Shown here one piece after another: positions 13,701 to 22,921 of a stretch of DNA of 64,000 bases (its first letter is position 1; every line of letters starts with the position of its first letter). The translations under genes and the position numbers were made by a program. The DNA is from Amoebophrya sp. A120 (Eukaryota; Protista; Dinoflagellata), in contig CAJINV010000011.1 of NCBI GenBank assembly GCA_905178155.1, positions 1,509,216-1,573,215 on the forward strand, in the 5' to 3' direction. The notes beneath the pieces were generated by a model. That model did not search any database and was not told where the DNA came from. It worked only from the letters and a program-made list of their open reading frames with translations.

Positions 13701-16700
13701 ATCGCTCATCCCCCGCGGCTTCCGGCACCAGCGACCGTCTGAAAGCTGCGCAAGAGTTTCTACATGAAGCAGAGACACATCTGCAGCAGGCTGAAGCTGC
13801 CGGAGCACAGCTGGCACACGACCGGCGGAAAGCTGCGCAAGAGTTTCTACATGAAGCAGTGACACATCTGCAGCAGGCTGAAGCTGCCGGAGCACAGCTG
13901 GCACACGACTGGCAGAACGATGCGCAAGAGTTTCTACATGAAGCAGAGACACCTCTGCAGCAGGCTGAAGCTGCCGGAGCACAGCTGGCACACGACTGGC
14001 AGAACGATGCCCAAGAACTTACACACGTAGCAGAGGCATGTCTGCAGCGGGCTCAACATATCACATCAAGAAGAGCACATATCGATTTGGGTCGGGAAGG
14101 AGGTTGTCATCATGCTATTTTGTGAAAGCTACTTGAAGATGAACGCATGAGTGCAAATAACATCAAAATTATGCAGATGAGCCAAAAGCATGAGCAGCGC
14201 AAGTTTTTGAGCGGCTCCTTGTTCTTCGGTATATTATCCACCGCATAAAATACTTTATATACTTCGTTTATGCGAGGAAAATGAACACCGTAAGCACTTC
14301 TAGACTTTTTGGACACGACGACACAAGAGCATGATGTTGCGTCACAACCACGACATCGCACAGCAGTGTTGATGTCAGCTGCTGAGAACAAGCAAGCATC
14401 ACAAATGTTGCATTCTTCCAGGCCAGCCAGTCCGATATTTGCAATCCATACAGTTTCTGCAGCGAAATCTACTCGACCAAGAGCTGTACCAGATAAGAAT
14501 ACCCCCGCGCGAGGAACAGCCCCCGGAGGTGGAGGCTGCGTTGCAAACCCTGGGGTGCTTGCGCGATCGCATCGAGAGTACTGCTGGTCCAGACAGCAGC
14601 GCGGAAATTGAGTTGCTCCAAGGTGCTTAATTACTTTTGAGTATGTAATTGTCGAGATTAAGACAAAATACTTTGGCTGCATTATTATATGTAAAATCCC
14701 CGCAAAAATGGTAGTACGTGTTGTCAACGCGAGACTGTAAAGGTAAAATGTGGAGGGATTCTTCCAGTCCACCTCCGTCTTCGTTCTCTGATGGTGTTTC
14801 CGCGAAGTCGACTGGAGGAAGGAACTGTTCCTGCTCGGAAAATTTTATCTTGTTGACGAGCGTCGCTTTCCGCAACCCGAACAAGAACCCAATTGCGCAT
14901 GCAGCCGTAAAGGACTGCTTGGTCCAGTAAATCGGGTCCTGCATTTCTATCAGTTCCTCGAGCATTACTGGCGGAGGCTGGGTGTGTGCGAATAGTCCTT
15001 CTCGTTTCTTCCGCGTGACCAGCTGAGACAGATGAATTTTGTCTGCCGCCCCCAAGTTGCTGCCACCTGGGATCGCTTCTAAACGCGCGACGACAGACCA
15101 TAGATAGTCATCGGCCGTCGCGTAGAAGCTTCGCCCGACCTGATCGCCGACTAATGCCGTGAAAAACAGCGTTGCGTGCTGTCTGGTGATCGGCCATGGT
15201 TTTTTCAAGAAGGCGCACTCCTTGTGCTGCGAAGCCCGTGTGCAAAACTGGAAATAGCACTTCAGCCGAGACTCCTCTGTTGTTGCAGCAGGCCGTCGTG
15301 TCATTTCCTTATGCGCCGCCTGCATGCGTGGAAGGTCGTCAAGGAGTTTGAATACTTCGTCCTTCTGTTTTGTTCGTCGTTGTTTCTCCGGATCGTGTGC
15401 ATCGCGGTAAAGTTGGAGAATGCGCGGATGAGCTGCTACTTCAGAAAAGAACCCGGGCTTGAATTTGGCTGTTGGATCTTTCTCCGAAGGAATAATTCCT
15501 TGTGCCAGAAGTTCCGCGTCTCCGCAAGCTGCGATTGCTGCGGCAAAAACTTCTAGTTCTGTAACTTCCTGGTGCTGGGACTTGGCTGCTGGTGCCGCGG
15601 GGAGAACTGGCGCGGTACAAATCGGGTCGGAGCTTGATCTTTTTCTGGATGGCTGTGCGCGTGACTGCGGGACGATTCCGCACTGCCACTGTAAACTTGC
15701 AGTATCGTTTTCGGCCGATGCTATCGAGAGTACTGCTGGTCCAGACAGCATCGCGGAAATTGAGTTGCTCCAAGGTGTTTTGCGGGTCTTCATGGAGCAA
15801 GAAGACCGCGCGCAGCGTCTTCGACGTTTTTCAGGGCTCGCCGAAGGAGCTTCTGCCGCCGCAGTTGTAGAGGATCAGCAACAAGGACAGCAATTTTTGC
15901 AATCGTCCGTCGGGCATGATACAACTGATACTGGTACGGCGGTATTTTTGCACCAACAACGACAAGAACCTCGTCAGGAAGTGTGGACACAGTCCTCCTT
16001 GTTTTCGTTGCCAGAGGCGGAAGTCGAAGTCGATGATCTTGAAGAGCAGGACGAGCCTTGTTCTTACAGGAAGTGCTTTACCTTTGCCAGTGATGAAGAT
16101 AATGAAGACGGTGAATTAGTGCTATGAGAGTGCACAAGTCGTCCCTCTCCCCCTCATCAGTTGTATGGCACGAACAGCTGCATCTGCAAAAACATCACAG
16201 GTGTCTCCAACACAAGTGGAGTCTGTTTTTTATCATGACAAGTATTACTTCACGTCGCGCCGATTGTAGTTCGTTGTGGTTGTCAAGTTTCCGGTTCGGT
16301 GAATTAATTTGTTTGCCCGGCCGCAAACAGTGCCACAAGGCGGCAACTGGATTTGGGTTGACTTAGCGTGAGAAATCATGATGCATTCAGGGACATGATC
16401 GGGGCGCGTTCCGTTTAGTGCCTTGTTGTGCAGCAGCACCCCATGGACCCGCCCGCACGACCCCTGGGCAGCACAGGCTTTACTCTAGCGCAGCCGCTGC
16501 CGCAGTCTGTTACGCATGACAAATGGAGGGGACGAGGAGGGGACGAGTGCTGCTCTACTTTCATATGAGGATGAAGACTGTCTGACCAGCATCCCCATTC
16601 CGGCCTTTGCCCGTCACCAGGTCGAAGAACAGCACCAGCCGTGCGATCAGACGAGGTCGTCCTCGTCCTGTCCACCCGAAGCTCCAACTCTGCTGCATGC

Positions 16701-19700
16701 CAAAACATCAACTCCAGGTCGTTGCAGTAGGTGTTCTCATCTATCTTCCCGAAATGTTTATTCGAGCACCCGGCGGGAAGCTTTCAGGGTCTTCTGCCAG
16801 TGCGTCCACCATCACCGCGGAAGCGGTGCCAGCGGTGAGTGATTGGGGCGGTGGGTGCGAGAATGAGGCTCGTTTGAAGAGTTCCAAGGGGTCTCGAGGG
16901 GCCTGCGTACCAAGCCCGCACGAGCCGGCTTGCGGCCTTTTTTGGGTCGCGAGTACGCAGGGCCCGGGGCCGCGAAAAAGATGCCCGCCTGCGCCTGTTG
17001 GGCGTGCTGTGAGTGCCCGTGGGTCGCGTCGATCTGCGCAGTGGGGGGGCCACTTTAGTCTATGTCTAGGCTCGTCGGGGTGTTGGCGTGCCTGTTGGTT
17101 CCTCTAGAGCGACGCCTGGGCCGCGTGCAAAAACCCACCAGGGGAGGCAACAGCACTCCTACGCAGGCGCGACCATAAAAACTGCAGCGCCTGCGTTGGC
17201 GCAAAAAAAAAAGGGCAAATCCCGACGGTATGCTGCGAATTTCTTTAGGGATAAGAACAGCGCTGAAGATCACCTATTTCATCTCTATACAGCGGCGAGG
17301 CTACATGGAGCGATGGTGGTGCTGGTTCCGGTTCGGGAGGCCGCGATCTTGGCCTAGCTCCCCGCGGACCCGCTTGTTGGTTTTTTGCTTTCCGCCCTCG
17401 TGGAGCTGTAGCTCGGCCTCGTCGCCAAGCAGTTCGCCCGCCTTTGCCACTGCTTTCGGCCCGGCAAGCTTTACTAGATTTATACACAGGCGCTCCACTG
17501 CTTGCTTCTGTGTCATTCGCGGAGGCCGTTTTTTAGTTTTCTCCCGCTCGAACATGTTCGCGAACCCGTAGCTGCTCTCGTTTTCATCTTCTTCTCTGCC
17601 TGCTGGAACACCGGCGCCAAGACCTCTTTCGCCGCGGAGCGAGTCGTAATTCCCAAAGAGGTCTACCCTGCAATCCTTTTTGAACTGCTCGGCGCGGGCC
17701 CCGAATCCACTGGCGATGGCTTTAAGCTGAAAGGCGCCCGCGTCAGTGCCCGCATTTGCTTCTCGCGCTGTTGTCTTTTCCTTCTGCGTGTTTACTTTCG
17801 GTGGGATCGCAGCCGCAAAAGGCGCGCCCACTCTGGCTTCGACGCTAGAGCTACTGCTGCTAGTGCTGCCGGTCGCGGAGCCCGCTTCCTCAGGTGCTGG
17901 CCTTGCTCGTGATTCCAAGTTCCGTGTCTCGCGACTATTTGCATTCCGAAACGACATCGCAATGGAAGATGACGAAGAGGAGGATGACGGCTGGGCCCGA
18001 TGTCTTTCTCCGATTTCATCGGGTGCTGGCACTGGGAGTGGGCGGGGCGATCTCATCTCCTTCCATAATTCACCACCTTTATTTGCTGAAATTCGAGCTG
18101 CGAACCTGCCTGTTGAACCACGTGGGGCCCGTTTCGACCGGGTGGTGCTGCACACTGCTGCAGCTCACCAGGCTGCTTGTTTTGATGCGCCAAATCCTCT
18201 CCGCACGAAGCTACCTCTCGAGTCGCCGCGTCCGCGTTATGCATCACAAAATGCTGCACTAGAAGTGGAATCCAGAATGCAATTTTTTTCAGAAGCAACA
18301 AGCTCGAGCTGTTTCCTTATAAATATATTTGTCATGCAAAATCGAGCAGCCGTGCGATCAGACGAGTTCGTCCTCGTCCTGTCCACCCGAAGATCTGCTG
18401 GAGGCCCACGCAAGGACGATGCCCTGCACCACGCCGGCGAGGATCCTGACTCCTCCGCTAAGTATTATCCTGTGTAAGAACGTCCCCACCCCATAGTCAA
18501 GATGGGGAATCTGGATCTGCTACACAAATCCATTAGTTTTGGCTGTCGAGCATGACAGGTTCCGGCTCGTAGTGTAATCCTGTTTAGCTAGTAGTGCAAC
18601 CGCATGACAAATTGACTATCTCATCCTGGTTCTAGCATGACAAACTCCCAGACAGCATTAGAAAATGACGCTCATGGGGCTGCGCATGAGAGACATTTTA
18701 GGCTTGCGGATTTGCACGACAGCCATGGGGTGGGGACGTTTTTACATATGATATTCGCCGCAGTGCCAAGAGGACGTTCTGTCTCGTGAGGCTGAGGTTG
18801 ATGTGGGCATGACCATGACGGACAATATTCATGTTGATAAAGTGCTGGGCCCGCTTATTCTTGCCGAGCTGGCCAACTACAGGCAGCGCAGGATCATGCG
18901 GCAGGTGGTCCAGGACCAAGGGTTTGGTCATGGTGCCGGCCAGACCCAGACGAACTACATCAAGGGACGCCAGCTGATGGAAAATAAAACGGAGCCGGGC
19001 ACCAGTGGGGATGATGTTAACGTCGCTTGTTCCACGACGACCACCACGGCGACTGCATACAGCCCCCCCTCCTCTCCCTCGCCTCCTTACATCGTGGCGG
19101 GCCAACAGTTACTATGAATTGCAAAAGTATCGCACTCGTATAAATGCATTACAAATTTCCTCAGCATGAAAAATAAAATTTGTAGTGCTGATTTACCCTA
19201 AAAAAAAATGTATTCATTGCATGATTGCAATACGAGTACGATACTTTTGCACACGATAGTTACTCGATGCCGCGATGTGGTCTCCTAGCGCCAGCCGTGC
19301 TGGTTCAGCCAGTGTATAACCTGCTCAGATGTTGCAACCTCAAGCGTTACAATAGAAATGGAAATTTGTGATGCAAAAAGTGAATAATTGAATGTCTAGT
19401 CTGCTGTCACGAGATTGCGCATGAGAAGTTTTTACAAAGCTCCAAACCCCATGAGAATCTGGCAAAATTTGTATTGCGAAAAGCGCAAAGCTCTGCATGT
19501 TCCACCTCATGCTCTCTATGCAAGACAAATCCCAGAATCTATATGTAACGTTTGAGCAGATTGTAACATCTGAGCAAGCCATACAGTGGTTTTCGTGCTT
19601 CTAGTGTGCGAGCTGTAGTACCCGCCTCCCGGTCAACATTTCTAGGTGTAGAGGAGGACATATGAAAGCCTCAGAATGGAAATTCTCAAAGTGGAAATAA

Positions 19701-22700
19701 TTTGTGATGCATGAAATGCGACACCAAAAAGACTGTATTGCAGAGGACGCAATGGAGGCCGACTATTGTGCTTCTACGGGTTCAGAATTGGGCTGCTGAT
19801 TAGCACGAGAGAAGGGCACACCTTTGCCCTAACTAGCATGACAGACATGTTTTGAGTGCCCGGGAAATTTGTCATGCGCGGCCGATTAGAAATGGCACTT
19901 CAACTGGAATTGTTTTTTTGCATTACAAATCATTTCCACGTTGAGGATTTCCATTCTGAGGCTGTCATAGGACACAGCTTTTGCTGCTGCCACCAGTTCT
20001 TCGAGCGGCAAAAGTGGCAGAATGATGTGGACGTGCGCGCGCGTGCCCCTGAATGACCTCCAAAAGAAGCCGGAGGCCGAGCCCAGCTCGACGTCTCCTG
20101 GCACTACCAAAGGGGCAACAACAACTGCTTGCGGGAGAAGAAAAGAAGATGGCTATAATTTTACGGAGGGGGTTGTTCTTCTTGCGCCGCAGCCGGGTCT
20201 ACCTTGTTTCTCCTTCAGTACCTCACCGCCAACGCTGGTGGACGTGGAGGGGTTCGAAACCCCAGACGCGGATGCTGATTGTGATTTCCCTGCCCGGACC
20301 TCAAGTACGAACAGCATGATGACAGTCCAACAAGATAATGTGCACAATGTACTCATCACGGACACGGAACAAATGAACGAAGACAACATCGTCCCTGCCG
20401 ACGTCGAGCAACTGATGTCCGAGATTATCGACATGCTGAAGCACATGAGCGATTTCGAAATGGAGCACCGGCTTTCCGACGCCGAAGCACAGGTTGCCTT
20501 GCAGATCATCGACGAACGTTTGGCGTTGAGTACGGATAGGGATATCGTGCGAGCCACTGCGCTGTTGCGCAACAAGTGCAAGAAAAGCAAGCGGAACTTC
20601 TTGTGCGAGGACGATGCAAGAACTTGTAGTGCATCAACATCAGAGGCAGTGAGGCTGGAGGACGCCACGCGTCAGTGGCAGCAGAAGCTGCGCGGCCTCA
20701 TTATGTTTATGACCACGAAGACCGATATGGAAGCGTCCGGATTGATGAAATCGACAAAGTTGAAATAATTTCTCATGCATAAATTGCAAGGCATGAAGTT
20801 GCGCCTCTCTTGCAGGGATGGCAAGTGAGGCCGACTGTCAGCCTGTAGTTTGGGGTCTGCGAAATCAGAGCTGCTAAAGTAGCATGACAAAACACGCCCT
20901 CTGTCCCTAAACAGCATGACAAACTGGATTTAGGCGGTGCCGAAAGTATTCGTCATGCACCGCTTGGAAATTGAGCTTCCAACAAGTATCCATTTTATGC
21001 ATCACAAGTTACTTATTTCAGCTTTGTCGATTTCAATTCTGACACTCCCATAACCGAACGCAGTTCTTACCGAGTTCTTCAAGGAGGAGTCGAAAAATGC
21101 GCCAGAAGTATCCCGAGGAAAAACGTCCTCACCCCAGAGTTGTCATGCAAATCCGCATGCCAAAAAATAAAAATTTCTCATGCGGAGCCCCATGAGAACC
21201 ATTTTCTAGTCGTGTTTTGGAATTTGAATTTGTTATGCTAGAATCAGCATGATGTGCTAGATCTATGATGCTTCGGAACTAGCTAAACAGGACTAAACTA
21301 CGAGGGCAAACTTGTCATGCGAAACAGCCAAAGCTGGCTGATTTGTGTAGCAGATTTCCCATTTTGACTCTGGGGTGGGGACATTTTTACTCAGGATAAG
21401 AACTGCGCCAACTTCTGCGACCGCCAGCACAGCGACAGGCTCAGGCGGCGCTGCGTCTTCTTCCTCGACGTCGCAGATGGCTCAGGTACAGAGCACCTCC
21501 AAACCGCCCTTGAAGATGAGCCCGGTATTAAGCAGCATTTCGTCTCAGACTGTCGCGGCGAGGCCCTCCTGCAGCTCCCCAGCAACGGCAGCACAACCAA
21601 AGATTGGCCGGCCCACGAGGAACTTCCTGATCCCGCGGCAGTACAACTACACCAAAAAACTCCCCCCGGCGCAAGGAGAAGTTGTGTTTGCTGCACGGAA
21701 GGCGCATGCGCAAGCCGCGACGTTCTTACAACGATCACCACCAGGAGGGAACAAGCTGCAGAACTCGAGAAGCTACGCGTCTGCCATCCGTGGCCCCCAC
21801 TCGGGGGCCAGCAGCGCCACGAGTAGTACTACTGAACGACTTGCAACAGTGCACGAAAACGTGCCGCAAGATGATCATTCGCCGGAACAGCGGCCCCAAA
21901 CCCCGCAGCTGGAGCCGCGCTCCTCGTGTGATGTTTTCCAAAACTACTGTACTTCGTCGGCCGCCCACGAGGACCATGACGGTAGAAGTGGTGCGACGTC
22001 GTCGTCGTCGCGGCAGGAGGAGCCCGGGGGCTACACCGATGTCGTCTCTAAAGGCTCGCTGGGTCACCCGCATACCTGCTTATGCATTGCAAAACAACAA
22101 GTGTCGCACACGTCGCACTGGTATAAGTAAACAAACTGCTTGGGTGCAATTTATTTCACATCAATGCGAAGGAGAGGCGCTTATTGTATATTTCATTTAT
22201 AAATATGCTGATTAGAAGTGCAGCTGATCATAAAACCAAAGGCGGTGATGGTTCCGCAGTACTATCGCAGTTTTTTACTATATACAACTAGTACGACTAC
22301 GAGTGCGACACGACCACCTTTGAAGTGGATACTGGCAAGCTCCGTGTAAATACAACTGGACAAAAAAGGGCTGCAAGGACGGAAAAAACTGTAACCGCTG
22401 CCATTTGTGCTCCTGGAAAGACTTCTACGGAAAATTTGAAGGCAAGCACCGGCCTCGGTCCCGGTTCCGGTTCTCGGACCCCGATGCCTGTGGTTCCGGT
22501 TCCGCCTCCGCCGAACAAGCTTCGTCCCCTATTACAATGAAAAATGCCCCCACCCCACACTTGGCAGCATTTGTGTTGCAAATCTTTCCAACAGAAACAT
22601 TTCCCGTCTTGCATATCTCAGCATCACAAACTTTCCATGCTGAATAGGTCGAATTTGTGTTGCGAAGGGGCCCAACAGCAGCCGGATCTGTTACGCACAA

Positions 22701-22921
22701 GGCACCTTGCGCACCTAGATTCTGCATCAGAAAGGCTCGCAATCCTTGCATGCAAGACAAAAAGCTTTCATTTGGAAAATTTTGCATGCCAAACTTCTGC
22801 AAATTCCGGGATGGGGGCACTTTTCATTGTAATATCCTCTACTCCCGGGACCACGAGTGGTTCCGGCTCAGCGGATATCAAAAGGAAAAATCCCTTATCA
22901 AAATCAAAACGAAATTTCTGA
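10783..22921 (+). CDS. Paralog B of the CCCH-like finger gene, split by ~15 introns/inserts
   Basis: Exon pieces match paralog A in order (GGVFTCDVVMGS..AKGKAPAP; DRIESTAGPDSIAEIELL; SCPPEDLLEA; AGQQLL; RMMWTCARVP; DVEQLMSEIIDML..LSDAEAQVALQIIDERLA; SKGSLGHPHTCQAPCKY..CKDGKNCNRCHLC). Removing the inserts gives a continuous frame to TGA 22919-22921; a few junctions are approximate. Confidence 0.72.
11093..11510. mobile_element. Probable decayed introner (first intron of paralog B)
   Basis: TAT...CATA ends, internal gcatgac motif; element+5 nt = 423 nt restores frame. TIR/TSD poorly conserved; a GA-AG intron 11107-11511 is an alternative. Confidence 0.35.
12255..13263. mobile_element. TIR introner (family A) expanded by a nested element, TSD AGATT
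   Basis: Ends tatcaaatgcaaatatg / cagatttgctattgata; body resembles 28938, 57572, 58525; AGATT at 12247-12251 and 13264-13268; removing 1017 nt gives VQRF-EEQQ in frame. Confidence 0.85.
12279..12979. mobile_element. Non-autonomous hAT-like element nested in the introner
   Basis: TIR tagtgaggtc / gacctcacta; 8-bp repeat gttgtatg at 12271-12278 and 13008-13015 (right copy displaced by 28 bp); internal inverted ggggcgcccaaaaag / ctttttgggcgcccc. Confidence 0.6.
13342..13658. mobile_element. TIR introner (family B), TSD TTTTG
   Basis: TIR tatgggggtgtcaggatggaaatcgacaaagt / actttgttgatttcggtcctgacgcttccata; 322-nt removal joins QRFL-APDY. Confidence 0.9.
13741..14050 (+). repeat. Coding tandem repeat, 87-bp (29-aa) unit, ~3.5 copies
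   Basis: AQEFLHEAETHLQQAEAAGAQLAHD repeated in ORF 13661..14125. Confidence 0.9.
14059..14450. mobile_element. Degenerate TIR introner (family A-like)
   Basis: Right end gcatcacaaatgttgcattcttccag..tatttgcaatccata matches family A; left tatcac..gcacatatcgatttgggtcgggaagg; element+5 nt (397) restores frame (AQ-FLQR); TSD decayed. Confidence 0.6.
14623..15774 (+). other. 1152-nt GT-AG intron created by a 55-bp exon duplication around foreign DNA
   Basis: Direct repeat 14571-14625 / 15723-15777 (1 mismatch) contains AG|GT; offset 1152 is a multiple of 3; flanks encode the same peptide IESTAGPDS(S/I)AEIELLQG. Confidence 0.8.
14627..15722 (-). pseudogene. Truncated tyrosine recombinase (DIRS/Crypton-like) fragment
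   Basis: ORF 14627..15793: helical SAM-like region (PWPITRQHATLFF..DYLWSV), box-I-like IGFLFGLRKATL, ends at LKSN with the stop formed at the duplication junction; no HxxR/Tyr region. Motif recognition only. Confidence 0.65.
16123..16565. mobile_element. Degenerate TIR introner (family G)
   Basis: Left end tatgagagtgcacaagtcgtccctctccccctcat matches the 41159/61120 TIRs; right gcatgacaaatggagggg..ctttcata; flanking atgaagac repeat (16102/16571, offset 469) restores EDNED-CLTSIPIP. Confidence 0.7.
16656..18366 (+). other. 1711-nt GT-AG intron bounded by a 46-bp exon duplication, filled with captured fragments
   Basis: Direct repeat 16636-16681 / 18347-18392; its single mismatch gives AG|GT in the left copy; splicing yields QTSSSSSCPPEDLLEAHAR, similar to SCPPGLEARAT in paralog A. 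Confidence 0.78.
17346..18237 (-). pseudogene. Captured host-like gene fragment inside the 1.7-kb intron
   Basis: ORF 17301..18155 (284 aa) with Ser-run low-complexity style like local genes; antisense to all real genes; abuts half an introner at 18238-18346. Confidence 0.45.
18466..18753. mobile_element. TIR introner (family C), no intact TSD
   Basis: TIR tatcctgtgtaagaacgtccccacccca / tggggtggggacgtttttacatatgata; 288 bp, removal of the element alone keeps frame; body is the reverse complement of 21109-21398. Confidence 0.8.
19113..19258. mobile_element. TIR introner (family D), TSD GTTAC
   Basis: TIR tatgaattgcaaaagtatcgcactcgtat / atacgagtacgatacttttgcacacgata; near copy of 36390-36538; 151-nt removal restores frame. 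Confidence 0.92.
19315..19583. mobile_element. TIR introner (family E), TSD CAGTG
   Basis: TIR tataacctgctcagatgttgcaa / ttgtaacatctgagcaagccata; 274-nt removal restores frame. Confidence 0.9.
19661..19969. mobile_element. TIR introner (family B-related), TSD GGACA
   Basis: TIR tatgaaagcctcagaatggaaattctcaaagtggaaat / atttccacgttgaggatttccattctgaggctgtcata; 314-nt removal joins to ORF 20022. Confidence 0.92.
20726..21052. mobile_element. TIR introner (family B), TSD ACCGA
   Basis: TIR tatggaagcgtccggattgatgaaatcgacaaagttgaaata / tatttcagctttgtcgatttcaattctgacactcccata; inverted relative to the 13342 copy. Confidence 0.92.
21109..21398. mobile_element. TIR introner (family C), TSD AGAAG/AGAAC
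   Basis: TIR tatcccgaggaaaaacgtcctcaccccagag / ctctggggtggggacatttttactcaggata; 295-nt removal joins CAR-TAPT. Confidence 0.9.
22081..22331. mobile_element. TIR introner (family H) interrupting the Cys/His finger, TSD CTGCT/CTGGC
   Basis: Ends tatgcattgcaaa..gtgtcgcac / gtgcgacac..tttgaagtggata; 256-nt removal restores HPHTCQAPCKY. Confidence 0.85.
22530..22834. mobile_element. TIR introner (family F), TSD TCCCC/TCCTC
   Basis: TIR tattacaatgaaaaatgcccccaccc / gggatgggggcacttttcattgtaata; same ends as 48042-48362. Confidence 0.9.

Noticed and set aside
14110-14772. Minus-strand 220-aa ORF as continuation of the recombinase
   Set aside because: Overlaps a + strand exon and a family A-like introner; no catalytic HxxR/Tyr motif visible.
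14627-15793. Tyrosine recombinase as the enzyme mobilising the TIR introners
   Set aside because: It is truncated, has no TAT...ATA ends, and YR elements typically do not create variable 5-bp TSDs.
16055-16427. 8-bp repeat gccttgtt as an intron boundary
   Set aside because: Leads to a stop; better explained by the family G element at 16123-16565.
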